This document shows positions 49,986 to 60,948 of a stretch of 64,000 bases of DNA, one piece after another (the first letter of the stretch is position 1; every line of letters starts with the position of its first letter). Below the pieces are notes generated by a model. That model ran no database searches, was not told where the DNA came from, and worked only from the letters and a program-made list of their open reading frames with translations. Source of the stretch: an uncultured Gammaproteobacteria bacterium (GTDB lineage: Bacteria; Pseudomonadota; Gammaproteobacteria; UBA9214); NCBI GenBank assembly GCA_963827755.1, contig CAWHCQ010000013.1, forward strand, positions 1 through 64,000, given 5' to 3'. Both the position numbers and the translations under genes were made by a program.

Positions 49986-50660
49986 ATGCACAAGCCGGAA
50001 ATGATCCTGATTGATGTGGACGGCACGCTGGTCGACAGCGTGCCGGACCTGGCCTATTGCGTTGACCGCATGATGGAACAGCTGGGACGCGCCCCCCGGG
50101 GTGAAGACCGGGTGCGCGACTGGGTCGGTAACGGGGTTGAACGACTGGTGCGGCGGGCCCTGGTCGGTGCGCTCGACGGTGAACCGGATGACGCCGATTT
50201 CGAGCGTGCCTACCCGCTGTTCATGGCGCTGTATGCCGAGAATACTTCGAAACGATCATTCCTGTATCCGGGTGTGCGCGAGGGACTGGACCAGCTGAAG
50301 ACGGCCGGTTACCGACTGGGTTGCGTGACCAACAAGGCGGCACAGTTTACCGAGCCGCTGCTGAAGGATCTCGGTGTTTTTGATGATTTTTCAATTGTTA
50401 TCAGTGGTGATACATTAACGAAAAAGAAACCGGATCCGGCGCCGTTGCTGCATGCCGCCGAATTTTTCGGTTGTGATCCGGCGAAGGCCATGATGATCGG
50501 TGACTCGGTGAGTGACGTGGCTGCCGCACGAGCGGCAGGATTCCAGATCATTTGCATGAGTTACGGCTACAATCATGGTGTGGATATCCGTGATGCAAAC
50601 CCGGATGCGGTTGTCGATTCAATGCTGGAGATTTTCCCGCTGCTGGAGCAGGCGGCATAA
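49986..50660 (+). CDS. gph: Phosphoglycolate phosphatase
   Basis: DVDGTLVDS, VTNK, KKPDP, IGDS..D; rpe-gph-trpE order. Confidence 0.95.
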   Translation: MHKPEMILIDVDGTLVDSVPDLAYCVDRMMEQLGRAPRGEDRVRDWVGNGVERLVRRALVGALDGEPDDADFERAYPLFMALYAENTSKRSFLYPGVREGLDQLKTAGYRLGCVTNKAAQFTEPLLKDLGVFDDFSIVISGDTLTKKKPDPAPLLHAAEFFGCDPAKAMMIGDSVSDVAAARAAGFQIICMSYGYNHGVDIRDANPDAVVDSMLEIFPLLEQAA

Positions 50661-50741
50661 AAGAGCAGATCATGCAATTCACTTGCGAGAACAAAACGGC
50701 AGAGCAAAATTCATGCAGGCGATGGCGACTGTCATTGAGCT

Positions 50742-50800
50742 GTAGGGTCGAATTCATTCGACCAGAATAACGGTTGCCGGCCGAATGAATTCGGCCCTAC
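50742..50800. repeat. GTAG-family REP inverted pair
   Basis: gtagggtcgaattcattcgac ... gccgaatgaattcggccctac. Confidence 0.8.
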
Positions 50801-50849
50801 AAGGGTAATCTACTTTGTGTAACTACCGGATTTCTCAAGGGTGAGTGCA

Positions 50850-52337
50850 ATGACGCCTGAACAATTTCAAGACCTGGCCAGCCAGGGATACAACCGAATA
50901 CCTGTTATGCGCGAGGTGCTTGCTGACCTCGACACGCCCCTGAGCACGTTCATCAAGCTTGCGCAGGGGCCGTATTCCTACCTGTTTGAATCCGTGCATG
51001 GCGGTGACAAGTGGGGCCGCTATTCGATTATCGGTCTGCCGTGTTCCAGTGTTCTGCGTATCAGCGGCCATGCTGTCAGGCTGATGCGCGGGGACGAGTT
51101 GGTCGAGTCCGTCACCACGGACGATCCGCTGGCCTGGATCGAGGAATTCCAGGCACGTTTCCATGCGCCCGAACTGGACGAGCTGCCGCGCTTCAGTGGT
51201 GGCCTGGTGGGCTATTTCGGTTATGACACGGTGCGCTATATCGAGCCGCGGCTGAGTGCATTCAACAAGCCGGATCTGCTCGATTGCCCGGATATCCTGC
51301 TGATGGTGTCCGACGAAGTGCTGGTGTTCGATAACCTGGCCGGCAGCCTGCAACTGATCGTGCATGTCGACCCCGCAGAAGACGATGCCTGGGAACAGGG
51401 GCAGGCGCGGCTTGAGCAGCTTGCCGAACAACTGCGCGCAACGGCCACGGGTTACCACTCTTCCGGTGAAGCCGGGAACCCGGTTGAAGAGTCCGACTTT
51501 GTTTCCGGTTTTACCCGTGAGGGCTTCGAGGCCGCGGTCGATCGCATCAAGCAATACATTGTCGAAGGGGATGCCATGCAGGTGGTCTTGTCGCAGCGCA
51601 TGTCGATTCCGTTCCCGGCACCGCCGCTGGACCTGTACCGCGCCCTGCGCAGACTCAATCCTTCACCCTACATGTACTACCTCGATCTGGGTGATTTTCA
51701 TGTCGTCGGTTCTTCCCCCGAGATACTGGTACACCTGGAGGACAACGTGGTGACGGTCAGGCCGATTGCCGGAACCCGGCCGCGAGGCAGGACCGGGGCC
51801 GAGGACAGGGCGCTGGAAGCGGAGCTGCTGGCCGACCCGAAGGAGCTTGCAGAGCACCTGATGCTGATTGACCTCGGCCGTAATGATGCCGGCCGCGTCA
51901 GCGAAATCGGCAGTGTGGAATTGACCGAGAAGATGGTGATCGAACGCTATTCCCATGTCATGCACATTGTCTCGAACGTCACCGGCAGGGTTCGTGAGGG
52001 TATGAATGCGATCGATGTATTGCGCGCAACATTCCCGGCCGGTACCGTGAGCGGCGCACCGAAAATCCGTGCCATGGAAATTATTGACGAGCTGGAGCCC
52101 GTCAAGCGTGGCGTCTATGCCGGGGCGGTGGGTTACATCTCGTGGTCCGGTAACATGGACACGGCCATTGCGATTCGCACGGCCGTCATCAAGGACGAAA
52201 CCCTGCACATCCAGGCCGGTGCCGGTATCGTTGCTGACTCGGTACCCGCCAATGAATGGGAAGAGACCATGAACAAGGGCCGCGCCATCTTTCGTGCAGT
52301 CGCCATGGCCTGCGGCGGCCTGAAGGGAAGGCACTGA
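50850..52337 (+). CDS. trpE: Anthranilate synthase component I
   Basis: [39 protein letters not shown]. Confidence 0.97.
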   Translation: MTPEQFQDLASQGYNRIPVMREVLADLDTPLSTFIKLAQGPYSYLFESVHGGDKWGRYSIIGLPCSSVLRISGHAVRLMRGDELVESVTTDDPLAWIEEFQARFHAPELDELPRFSGGLVGYFGYDTVRYIEPRLSAFNKPDLLDCPDILLMVSDEVLVFDNLAGSLQLIVHVDPAEDDAWEQGQARLEQLAEQLRATATGYHSSGEAGNPVEESDFVSGFTREGFEAAVDRIKQYIVEGDAMQVVLSQRMSIPFPAPPLDLYRALRRLNPSPYMYYLDLGDFHVVGSSPEILVHLEDNVVTVRPIAGTRPRGRTGAEDRALEAELLADPKELAEHLMLIDLGRNDAGRVSEIGSVELTEKMVIERYSHVMHIVSNVTGRVREGMNAIDVLRATFPAGTVSGAPKIRAMEIIDELEPVKRGVYAGAVGYISWSGNMDTAIAIRTAVIKDETLHIQAGAGIVADSVPANEWEETMNKGRAIFRAVAMACGGLKGRH

Positions 52338-52339
52338 AA

Positions 52340-52918
52340 ATGCTGCTGATGATCGATAACTACGATTCCTTTACCTACAACCTGGTCCAGTACCTCGGGG
52401 AGCTGGGTGCGGATGTGCGGGTCTACCGCAACGACATGATCAGTCTGCAGGAGATCGAGGCGCTTGCGCCTTCGAGCATTGTTATTTCACCCGGACCCTG
52501 CACGCCGAACGAGGCAGGTGTCTCTGTTGATACGATACGACAGTTCGCAGGGCGCATTCCGATCCTCGGGGTTTGTCTCGGGCACCAGAGTATCGGCCAG
52601 GCCTTTGGCGGTCATATCGGTCATGCGCATGCCATCATGCATGGCAAGACATCGATGATCCATCACAACAACAGCGGGGTTTTTCAGGGCCTGCCGGACC
52701 CGTTCGAGGCAACACGCTATCATTCGCTGGTGATCGAGCAGGATTCACTGCCGGAATGCCTGGAAGTCACGGCCTGGACGCAGGGTGAAGAGGGTGGTCT
52801 TGACGAGATCATGGGTGTGCGCCACAAGACGCTGGCGGTCGAGGGTGTGCAGTTTCATCCGGAATCCATCCTCACCGGCTGCGGGCATGACCTGCTGCGA
52901 AATTTCCTGGAGCAGTAA
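52340..52918 (+). CDS. trpG: Anthranilate/aminodeoxychorismate synthase component II
   Basis: [27 protein letters not shown]. Confidence 0.95.
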   Translation: MLLMIDNYDSFTYNLVQYLGELGADVRVYRNDMISLQEIEALAPSSIVISPGPCTPNEAGVSVDTIRQFAGRIPILGVCLGHQSIGQAFGGHIGHAHAIMHGKTSMIHHNNSGVFQGLPDPFEATRYHSLVIEQDSLPECLEVTAWTQGEEGGLDEIMGVRHKTLAVEGVQFHPESILTGCGHDLLRNFLEQ

Positions 52919-52944
52919 GGCGGGTTGAGTAGTCCCCGGTTTGG

Positions 52945-53031
52945 GTAGGGTGCATTCCATGCACCATTGCGGTGTTGGACCCTGCCGTGCAGTTGTTTGG
53001 GTGATGTCATGGTGCGTACAACGCACCCTGC
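52945..53031. repeat. GTAG-family REP inverted pair
   Basis: gtagggtgcattccatgcacc ... ggtgcgtacaacgcaccctgc. Confidence 0.75.
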
Positions 53032-53079
53032 GGACGGTACAAGCTATGAATGCCGGCTAACGGCTGTGGAGGTTATTAA

Positions 53080-54096
53080 ATGGATATGCCATCAGCAATC
53101 GCTGCGGTGATTGAACACCGGGACCTGTCGGCCGCCGACATGCAGGCGGTGATGCGCCTGATCATGACCGGCCAGGCGAGCGCGGCGCAGATCGGTGGTT
53201 TTCTGGTCGGGTTGCGCATGAAGGGCGAGACGGTCGACGAGATTGCGGCGGCGGCAGGCGTGATGCGCGAACTGGCCACGCATGTTGATATTGCCGGGCC
53301 ACACCTGGTCGATACCTGTGGCACCGGCGGTGACGGGGCCAGCACCTTCAATATCTCCACGGCCAGTGCGCTGGTTGCGGCCGCCGCCGGTGCGCGCGTG
53401 GCCAAGCACGGCAATCGTTCCGTCTCCAGCAGTTCGGGCAGTGCCGATGTGCTCGAGGCCGCCGGTGTCCGGCTTGATCTCGATCCGCAGCAGGTGGCCG
53501 CCTGTATCGAACAGGTCGGTGTTGGTTTTCTGTTCGCACCGCAGCACCACAGTGCCATGAAACATGCCATTGGCCCGCGCAAGGAAATGGGTGTGCGCAC
53601 CGTTTTCAACCTGCTTGGGCCCCTGACCAACCCGGCCGCTGCCCCGAACCAGGTGCTGGGTGTATTCAGCGCGGACTGGGTCGAGCCGCTGGCGCAGGTG
53701 CTGAAACAGCTCGGCAGCGAACATGTCCTGGTGGTGCATGCCGAAGACGGCCTCGATGAGATCAGTATCGGGGCGCCGACCCGCGTTGCCGAGCTCAGGG
53801 GGGGTGATATCCTCAGCTACACCATTTCCCCGGAGGATTTTGGCCTGCAACGCGCCGACCTGGCAACCATAGCCGTTGCGGATGCACAGCAAAGCCTGGC
53901 GATGATCCGTGCCGTGTTTGCCGGCCAGCCAGGGCCCGCGCACGATATCGTGGTACTCAATGCAGGCGCTGCAATTTACGCAGCCGGTATCGCGTCATCA
54001 CTGGCGGAAGGTGTCAGCCAGGCTGCCGGCGTGATCAAGGCGGGCAAGGCGCAGCAGGTGTTCGAGTCGCTGGTCGAGCTTTCCAATTCATTCTGA
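53080..54096 (+). CDS. trpD: Anthranilate phosphoribosyltransferase
   Basis: [27 protein letters not shown]. Confidence 0.97.
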   Translation: MDMPSAIAAVIEHRDLSAADMQAVMRLIMTGQASAAQIGGFLVGLRMKGETVDEIAAAAGVMRELATHVDIAGPHLVDTCGTGGDGASTFNISTASALVAAAAGARVAKHGNRSVSSSSGSADVLEAAGVRLDLDPQQVAACIEQVGVGFLFAPQHHSAMKHAIGPRKEMGVRTVFNLLGPLTNPAAAPNQVLGVFSADWVEPLAQVLKQLGSEHVLVVHAEDGLDEISIGAPTRVAELRGGDILSYTISPEDFGLQRADLATIAVADAQQSLAMIRAVFAGQPGPAHDIVVLNAGAAIYAAGIASSLAEGVSQAAGVIKAGKAQQVFESLVELSNSF

Positions 54097-54134
54097 TTGA
54101 CTCCGGCCGGGCATTCTCCAGGTGAACCTTGAAC

Positions 54135-54932
54135 ATGAGCGGTAAACCCGACATCCTGAAAAAGATCCTCGCTCGCAAGGCCGCGGAGATTGCAGAGCGC
54201 CGCCGCAACATTGGCATGCGTGAATTGCAGCAACAGGCAGAGATGGCCGATGCACCGCGCGGTTTTATCCAGGCCCTGCAACGGAAAACCGCGGCCGGGC
54301 AGGCTGCGGTGATTGCGGAAATCAAGAAGGCCTCGCCGAGCCGGGGTGTATTGCGTGAAGACTTTGATCCTGCCTGGATTGCCGCCAGTTATGAAAAGGG
54401 TGGCGCGGCCTGTCTTTCAGTGCTCACGGATATCGATTTCTTCCAGGGCGCCGACGCTTACCTGCAGGCGGCGCGCGCGGCCTGTGCCCTGCCGGTATTA
54501 CGCAAGGACTTTTTTATAGACCCCTACCAGGTGTACGAGGCGCGCGCCATCGGCGCGGACTGTATCCTGCTGATCGTGGCCGCGCTGGACGATGCGATGT
54601 TGCGGGAGTTGCTGCAGCTGGCCGGCAAGCTCGGCATGGATGCCCTGGTTGAAGTGCACGATGCCGGTGAGCTTGAACGGGCGCTTGCCCTGCCTGCGAG
54701 GCTGGTCGGCATCAACAACCGTGACCTGCGTACTTTCGAGACCAGCCTGGAGACGACACTGGGGTTCCTCGGGCAGATACCGGACGATCGTATCGTAGTA
54801 ACGGAGAGCGGTATTCATACACCCGATGATGTCGCCTTGATGCGCGCGCGCGGGGTGAATGTCTTCCTGGTGGGTGAGGCCTTCATGAAGGCAGCCGACC
54901 CGGGGGCGAAGCTGGCAGAGCTGTTTGCCTGA
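54135..54932 (+). CDS. trpC: Indole-3-glycerol phosphate synthase
   Basis: [32 protein letters not shown]. Confidence 0.97.
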   Translation: MSGKPDILKKILARKAAEIAERRRNIGMRELQQQAEMADAPRGFIQALQRKTAAGQAAVIAEIKKASPSRGVLREDFDPAWIAASYEKGGAACLSVLTDIDFFQGADAYLQAARAACALPVLRKDFFIDPYQVYEARAIGADCILLIVAALDDAMLRELLQLAGKLGMDALVEVHDAGELERALALPARLVGINNRDLRTFETSLETTLGFLGQIPDDRIVVTESGIHTPDDVALMRARGVNVFLVGEAFMKAADPGAKLAELFA

Positions 54933-54942
54933 ACAGGAGCAA

Positions 54943-55004
54943 ATCGCGGATTAGATCCGCTCCTACTTGCATCAACCCCTGTAGGAGCGGATCTAATCCG
55001 CGAT
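54943..55004. repeat. GTAG-family REP inverted pair (similar single copy at 37332-37354)
   Basis: atcgcggattagatccgctcctac ... gtaggagcggatctaatccgcgat. Confidence 0.85.
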
Positions 55005-55132
55005 GAACATTAGCGCCAACCCCGATCGCGCTTGAGAAGCGCGATTGAAATGTATGCCGGGTGTTCGATATTTACAGGTGCGAGCAGGTTTATGCGGTCT
55101 TGTCATCGCGGATGCGATCCGCAGCCCGCGTC

Positions 55133-55798
55133 TCAGCGTGCGCCGTGGACGACGATGGTTTTTCCCTTGACGTTGATATGGCCCTGTTCGCCGAGGGCCT
55201 TGAGGACTCGGCCGGCCATTTCGCGGGAACAGCCGACGATGCGTCCCAGTTCCTGCCGGGTAACCTTTATCTGCATGCCATCCGGGTGTGTCATCGCGTC
55301 CGGTTCCCTGGTTAACTCCAGCAGGGTGCCGGCAATCCGGCCGGTGACGTCGAGGAAGGCAAGGTCACTTACCTTGCGGCTGGTGTTGCGCAGCCGGGTG
55401 GCGAGTTGCGCGGTCAGTTCCAGCAGGATATCCGGGTCTTCCCGCGCGAGGGCGCGAAACCGCGCATAGCTGATTTCGGCAACTTCGCATTCGATGCGGG
55501 TACGTATCCAGGCGCTGCGGTTCGGGTTTTCGCCGAATAATCCCATCTCACCGAAAAAACCGCCGGAGTTGATGTAGGCCAGCACGATTTCATGGCCGTT
55601 CTCGTCTTCAATCAGCACGGTGACCGACCCGCTGATGATGTAATAGAGCACATCCGGCTGGTCGCCGGCATAGATAATGACGCTCTTTTTCGGGTATTTA
55701 CGCCGGTGGCAGTGTGACAGGAAGCGTTCCACGCAAGGGTTTATCTTGCCCTTTACGGCGCCATTCTCGGCTGAAAAAGTCAGTGGGAGTGCCTGCAT
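55133..55798 (-). CDS. crp: cAMP receptor protein (CRP/Vfr)
   Basis: [18 protein letters not shown]...[30 protein letters not shown]. Confidence 0.95.
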   Translation of the reverse strand: MQALPLTFSAENGAVKGKINPCVERFLSHCHRRKYPKKSVIIYAGDQPDVLYYIISGSVTVLIEDENGHEIVLAYINSGGFFGEMGLFGENPNRSAWIRTRIECEVAEISYARFRALAREDPDILLELTAQLATRLRNTSRKVSDLAFLDVTGRIAGTLLELTREPDAMTHPDGMQIKVTRQELGRIVGCSREMAGRVLKALGEQGHINVKGKTIVVHGAR

Positions 55799-55805
55799 AC
55801 CCTTG

Positions 55806-55832
55806 TTATCGGTCGAACCGGCGCCGGCTTTA
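55806..55832 (-). promoter_or_regulatory. Putative sigma28-type promoter at crp
   Basis: Minus strand TAAA-N15-ACCGATAA, 7 nt before the ATG. Confidence 0.55.
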
Positions 55833-55908
55833 GGCGTCATTGCAAACTCGCCGGTCAGTGTTCTGAACTGTGATAGGCTTCACGTTTTCTAGGCATGGAC
55901 GGGTGATC

Positions 55909-56340
55909 ATGAAGGCGCGTATCAAGTGGATCGAGGGCAGGGCCTTCATGGGCGAGTCGGGCAGCGGCCATGCGCTGGTCATGGATGGCCCGCCGGAAAA
56001 CGGCGGCCGGGACCTCGGCATTCGGCCAATGGAAATGGTCCTGCTGGGCCTGGGCGGCTGCACCGCGTTCGATGTGGTGCATATCCTCGAGAAGGCGCGT
56101 GCGCCGGTAAGTGATTGTGTGGTCGAGGTGGATGCCGAGCGGTCTGAATCGGTACCCAGGGTGTTTACTCGAATCCATGTGCATTTTATTGTCAGTGGTG
56201 ACGGCCTGTCGGACAGGCAGGTGGCACGGGCGGTCGGGCTCTCGGCGGAAAAGTTCTGCTCGGTATCCCTGATGCTCGGCAAGGTGGTGGACATCAGTCA
56301 CGATTATGAGGTGATCAATGCCGCCGAAGAGGCCGGGTAA
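55909..56340 (+). CDS. OsmC family protein (YhfA-like)
   Basis: GESGSGH, RPMEM.L.GLGGC, KFCSVS; divergent from crp. Confidence 0.92.
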   Translation: MKARIKWIEGRAFMGESGSGHALVMDGPPENGGRDLGIRPMEMVLLGLGGCTAFDVVHILEKARAPVSDCVVEVDAERSESVPRVFTRIHVHFIVSGDGLSDRQVARAVGLSAEKFCSVSLMLGKVVDISHDYEVINAAEEAG

Positions 56341-56735
56341 TGCAACGTCCCGCCACAACCCTGGGAATGCGCCACGTTGCACTCAATGTCCGCGATCTTG
56401 CCGCCTGCGAGCATTTTTACACCGGCCTGCTGGGCATGGGCGTCGAATGGCGGCCCGATGCGGATAATGTCTACCTGTCCAGCGGTAATGATAATCTCGC
56501 CCTGCACCGCGCCGGCGGGGAAGCGGCGGCAGGCCCCGCTCAACGCCTCGATCATATCGGGTTCTTTATTGCCAGTAAGGATGAAGTCGATGTCTGGCAC
56601 GCTTTCCTGAAACAACAGGGCGTGCCGATCAAGGCGCCACCGAAAACCCATCGGGACGGGGCGCGGAGTTTTTATTGCAGTGACCCGGAGGGGACCACTG
56701 TGCAGCTTATTTTTCATCCCCCGATCTGCAGCTAG
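56340..56735 (+). CDS. VOC/glyoxalase family protein
   Basis: RHVAL.V, LDHIGF, HRDGARSFY..DPEG. Confidence 0.88.
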   Translation: MQRPATTLGMRHVALNVRDLAACEHFYTGLLGMGVEWRPDADNVYLSSGNDNLALHRAGGEAAAGPAQRLDHIGFFIASKDEVDVWHAFLKQQGVPIKAPPKTHRDGARSFYCSDPEGTTVQLIFHPPICS

Positions 56736-56741
56736 CACTCA

Positions 56742-56811
56742 CGCCGGACCCGCATCGCTTGATGCGGTCTACAGCAGCCGTGGCGGATCCGCGTTGCTGG
56801 ATGCGGTCTAC
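56742..56811. repeat. Degenerate REP-like tandem copies
   Basis: gatgcggtctaca occurs twice (GTAG on the minus strand). Confidence 0.5.
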
Positions 56812-57452
56812 AACCGGTAGGCCGTCAGCGTCATTACCTTTGCTGCCAGTGCCATCAGTTTCTTGGCGGGTTCAGGCAGATCGGCTGCGCCGGCGCCATG
56901 CGCCATGGATTCATGCCTGGCTTCATCCTGTTTCATCTGTTCGAGGATAAGCCGGGACCTGTCGTCGTCGACGGGCAGTTCCTTCAGGTGACCTTCAAGA
57001 TGTTTGACAACCTGGTGTTCGGTTTCCGCAAGGAAGCCGAGGCTCCACTTGTCACCGATAATCCCCGAGGCTGCACCGATGGCCAGTGAACCTGCATACC
57101 AGAGCGGGTTGAGCAGGCTGGTATGTCCACCAAGTTCCTCGAGACGCTGGCGGCACCAGGCGAGGTGATCGTTTTCTTCATCAGAGGCGAGTTTCATCCG
57201 TTCGCGGGTTTCCCGCTGGTGTGCCGTCAGTGCCTGGCCCTTGTAGAGTGCCTGGGCGCAAACCTCGCCCGCGTGGTTGACGCGCATCATGCCGATGCTT
57301 TTCGCTTTTTCCATCGACGAGAGTTCCCGGTTCTCTGCCGGATTTGCCGGGTTGTCACGGCCGGAGCCAACCGGTTCGCCGAACACGGTGCGCAAGGCCT
57401 GGTCTGCGTGGGTGATGCAGCGGTCAATCGGGGTCTGCTTGCGTGTGCTCAT
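56808..57452 (-). CDS. coq7: Demethoxyubiquinone hydroxylase Coq7
   Basis: MRVNHAGEVCAQALY, EE.DHLAWC, ETE.QV..HL, DE.RH. Confidence 0.95.
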   Translation of the reverse strand: MSTRKQTPIDRCITHADQALRTVFGEPVGSGRDNPANPAENRELSSMEKAKSIGMMRVNHAGEVCAQALYKGQALTAHQRETRERMKLASDEENDHLAWCRQRLEELGGHTSLLNPLWYAGSLAIGAASGIIGDKWSLGFLAETEHQVVKHLEGHLKELPVDDDRSRLILEQMKQDEARHESMAHGAGAADLPEPAKKLMALAAKVMTLTAYRL

Positions 57453-57530
57453 GGCGTAAAGATAGCACGCATTATGAAAACCGTCCTCACGTGCTTTCAC
57501 CGCCGTGGTTTCAGCGGTATGGTTCAGGCT

Positions 57531-57839
57531 ATGTCGTATTATCGTCATCACGTCTTTTTTTGTACCAACCTGCGCGCCGACGGCAGCGCCTGCTGCCAGC
57601 GTTTTGATGCAAAAGCCATGCGTGATTATGTAAAAAAACGCTGCAAGGCACTCGGCATCAGCGGTCCGGGCGGGGTACGCATCAATACGGCGGGCTGCCT
57701 CGATCGCTGTGCAGAAGGGCCGGTGCTGGTCGTCTACCCGGAGGACACCTGGTATACCTATCTTGACCGCGAGGACCTGGATGAAATTATCGAGCAGCAC
57801 CTGCAAAACGGGCGGGTAGTGGAGCGCCTGAGAATCTGA
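57531..57839 (+). CDS. Thioredoxin-like [2Fe-2S] ferredoxin
   Basis: HVFFCTN.R..G..CC, AGCLDRC.EGP..VVYPE..WY. Confidence 0.93.
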   Translation: MSYYRHHVFFCTNLRADGSACCQRFDAKAMRDYVKKRCKALGISGPGGVRINTAGCLDRCAEGPVLVVYPEDTWYTYLDREDLDEIIEQHLQNGRVVERLRI

Positions 57840-57958
57840 ATCTGCTTTCCAACGGGCTGAATTGTGTAATATTTTCCGAGATGGAAAACAAATATATTCT
57901 TGTTTTCAATCAGTTGTAATTTTCATGGTGCAACACGCACTGTAAGGTTTAACTGCAC

Positions 57959-57987
57959 TTGACAGCCAGGTAACTATATTAGAAAAT
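57959..57987 (+). promoter_or_regulatory. sigma70-type promoter
   Basis: TTGACA-N17-GAAAAT. Confidence 0.6.
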
Positions 57988-57992
57988 ACTTA

Positions 57993-58092
57993 CACACTGA
58001 TTGGCCTGCCCCCCCTATTTTGGCCGGTCAGTGCTCCTCCACCTCCCCCCAAGGAGGTTTTTAACGCGGCCATCACTGGCCGCGTTTTTTTT
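57993..58092 (+). ncRNA. Candidate small RNA with C-rich loops and intrinsic terminator
   Basis: Promoter, two hairpins with C-rich loops, CUCCUCC linker, stem aacgcggcca/tggccgcgtt with U-tract. Confidence 0.6.
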
Positions 58093-58248
58093 GCCTGCGG
58101 GGAGGTGCGTGGCGTTTGCCTCCTGATCCTGGTGACCCCGTCGCAGGCGCGCGCCCGGGCCGCTTTTTGACGGTTTGTTCTTGTAAGTTCAGGGCGACTT
58201 TTGTAACATCCCCGCTCTTTAGTTGCGCAAAAGTCCGGGTTAAGACAA

Positions 58249-58677
58249 ATGAAGACATTTACAGCGAAGCCGAATGACGTCAATCATGACTGGTATGTCA
58301 TTGATGCCACAGGGAAAACGCTTGGGCGCATGGCCACCGAAATAGCCCGTCGGCTGCGTGGCAAGCACAAGCCGATCTATACCCCGCATGTTGATACCGG
58401 CGACTATATAGTAGTGGTGAACGCCGACAAGGTACGGGTTACCGGCAACAAGGCGACCGACAAGATGTACCACCACCACACCGGTTATATCGGCAACCTG
58501 AAATCCAGGACCTTTGAAAAGATGCAGGCCAGCGCGCCGGGCCGGGTGGTCGAACTCGCGGTCAAGGGCATGCTGCCGAAGAACCCCCTCGGCCGGGCCA
58601 TGTTTCGCAAACTGAAAGTCTATGGCGGACCTGACCACAAGCATTCCGCACAGCAGCCGAAGCCGCTGGACATCTAG
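58249..58677 (+). CDS. rplM: 50S ribosomal protein L13
   Basis: [26 protein letters not shown]. Confidence 0.98.
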   Translation: MKTFTAKPNDVNHDWYVIDATGKTLGRMATEIARRLRGKHKPIYTPHVDTGDYIVVVNADKVRVTGNKATDKMYHHHTGYIGNLKSRTFEKMQASAPGRVVELAVKGMLPKNPLGRAMFRKLKVYGGPDHKHSAQQPKPLDI

Positions 58678-58732
58678 CCTCCGGCAAGCACTTCGAGCTG
58701 ATCAGAAAATTACGTAACAGGATATTTCGAAC

Positions 58733-59122
58733 ATGAGCGAGACTTATTACAGTACCGGACGACGCAAGACTTCCACGGCACGCGTATTTTTACGCAAGGG
58801 TTCCGGAAATATCGTGGTCAACCGTGAGCCGCTGGACAAGTATTTTGGCCGTGAAACCTCGCGCATGATTGTGCGTCAGCCCCTGGAAACGACCAACATG
58901 GTCGATAATTTCGACATTACCGTCACAGTGAAGGGTGGCGGCAACAGCGGCCAGGCCGGTGCGATACGCCACGGGATCACCCGTGCGCTGATGAAATACG
59001 AAAGCGAGTTGCGTCCCGCCTTGCGCCGTGCCGGTTTTGTAACCCGCGATGCCCGCCAGGTGGAACGCAAGAAGGTCGGTCTGCACAAGGCCCGTCGCGC
59101 ACCGCAATTCTCGAAACGCTGA
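58733..59122 (+). CDS. rpsI: 30S ribosomal protein S9
   Basis: [29 protein letters not shown]. Confidence 0.98.
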   Translation: MSETYYSTGRRKTSTARVFLRKGSGNIVVNREPLDKYFGRETSRMIVRQPLETTNMVDNFDITVTVKGGGNSGQAGAIRHGITRALMKYESELRPALRRAGFVTRDARQVERKKVGLHKARRAPQFSKR

Positions 59123-59133
59123 TTACACCATAT

Positions 59134-59207
59134 TGGCGGATCGTCTAATGGTAGGACAGAGGTCTCTGACACCTCTAATCTAGGTTCGAATCCTAGTCCG
59201 CCAGCCA
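59134..59207 (+). tRNA. tRNA-Gln (anticodon CTG)
   Basis: Acceptor tggcgga/tccgcca, anticodon arm gaggt-ctCTGac-acctc, ggttcgaatcc, encoded CCA. Confidence 0.95.
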
Positions 59208-59240
59208 ACAAAAAGGCCCGCCCAAAAGGCGGGCTTTTTT

Positions 59241-59406
59241 GTTTGGTGGACTGGGATGAGAACCTCGGGTTCGACAAAATCGCCGGGAGCGATTTTGAAC
59301 AGTGTGAGCGCAGCGACACTGGCCCGCAGGGCGGAGGGCAGGATGCCCGGAGTAATCCTAGTCCGCCAGCCAACAAAAAGGCCCGCCCAAAAGGCGGGCT
59401 TTTTTT
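59241..59406 (+). ncRNA. RtT-like tRNA-associated repeat ending in a duplicated tRNA 3' end and terminator
   Basis: ggatgagaa..ggttcgac..ggcccgcagggcg..gagtaatcc; 59189-59240 is repeated at 59354-59405. Confidence 0.7.
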
Positions 59407-59417
59407 CTGGCGGCTTT

Positions 59418-59503
59418 GTAGCCCGGATGGAGCGCAGCGGAATCCGGGGCCTTAAGACGCGAGTTCCCGGAATTCCAACCCCTGGTGTCATTATCCGGGC
59501 TGC
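59418..59503. repeat. GTAG-family REP pair (related copy at about 1283-1311)
   Basis: gtagcccggatggagcgcagcggaatccgggg ... atccgggctgc. Confidence 0.7.
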
Positions 59504-59531
59504 GTCACTTCCGGGTAACAGAGAGAGCCGG

Positions 59532-60931
59532 TCAGGCGTGTAACCATTCCTGTACTTGCGTAATCAGCTTGTTTCCCGGGTCCAGTTCAAGGGCCTGTCT
59601 GCAGTACGCACTTGCGCGCTCATGGTCTGCCTTCTGCAGGGAATCGTTGATGCGGCTGCAGGCATAACACAGGCCGATTACTTTATCCCCGGCATCGAGG
59701 TTCCGGGATGAAACCATGGAGTCGAAGTAATGGTCCGGTTCCCTCCAGTTCCCGTAGAGTTCGGTCAGGTACAGGTCATGGTCCTCCGGGACCAGGAAGT
59801 TCGCACCGATGAACTTTACCGGCTTCAGGGAGAACCTGGTAAATTGTCTTTGTATAGGATCTGCCGGGTATGAAGCAGTCGGTCGTGAAGTGGTCACCGG
59901 TGTCCCTGTAGAAATAGATATCGAACCCGATCGTATTGCGGTGCTGCACGGAAAACGAGACCGTGTTTTGTTCTGCATGGGGGTCTGCCGGCCGGGTGAA
60001 ATATTCCGAAGCGGTGATCAGTTCTGCCAGCGTGTTCTTGTCGATGGTTTCTTCGAATACCCCGATGTCTACGTCCTTGTCATGTTCGAGAAAGTTACCC
60101 TCGCGCATGCAGCCCAGCAGGGTGCCGGAGCGCAGAAAGAATTCCACGCCGGCGCTGTCAAGGACCTGTTTCAGGTCGAGCAGCGCCTGCCGGGCAAGTT
60201 TTCTGTCAAGGGTTTGCGCCGGCGTGCCCGTTGGCGGTGGTGTGCGGCTGCGGAGGATGGCCAGCAGTGACTGCGTGAAGGTCTCCAGGGCGGCGTCGTA
60301 ATTTCCTTCTCCCATGAATACCTGGCCCAGCAGGTGCTGCATTTCAAAATCAGCCGGATTGCGATGCAACGCGGCCTCGATGATTTCCCTGGCGCTTCCC
60401 GGTTTACCGGCCCGCAGCAGTGTGCCTGCGAGGTTGAGCCGTGCATCCCTGTAGTCCGTGTCGATTTGCAGGGCCTGTTGGTAGGCGGCTATGGCCGCGT
60501 CCAGGTCGCCCCGGCGCTTGAGCGTACTGCCAAGATTGTTGTGGGCCTGGGCCAGTTCCGGGTCAAGCGCAAGCGCGCTGCGGAATGCGTCTATGGCCTC
60601 GTCCAGCTTGTTTGCACCGCGCAGGGCAAGCCCCAGGTTGCTGTAATAGGAGGCCTGACCGGGGTTGATGTGAATGGCCTTGCCTGATCAGTCGGCATGC
60701 ATTCGTGGAATCATTCTTCTGCCCGGCCAGCACCCCCAGCATGTTGAGTATGTCGGCGTTGCCGGGGTGCATTTTCAGCAGTTTCCGGTAACAGCGCTCC
60801 GCCTCGCTGACGCGGCCCGCGGAGGTGTGCATATCCGCCTCGGCAAACAGGCGCTCTGAAACCGCCGGGTCCGGTGCGGCCCCGCCCTTGCCCTGCAGCT
60901 TTTGTTGCCGCCGCCGTTCTGCACGGTTCAT
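59532..60931 (-). CDS. TPR protein with LicD-like nucleotidyltransferase domain (frameshifted near 60685 and 59850)
   Basis: TPR repeats; FFLRSGTLLGCMREG.F..HDKDVDIG; F.G..F.VP....YL..LYG.W..PD. Confidence 0.75.
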
Positions 60932-60948
60932 TCGTCAGGCTTCCACGC

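Noticed and set aside
59189-59406. attL/attR of a prophage or island at tRNA-Gln
   Set aside because: The repeats are only about 165 bp apart, there is no integrase, and the insert looks RtT-like
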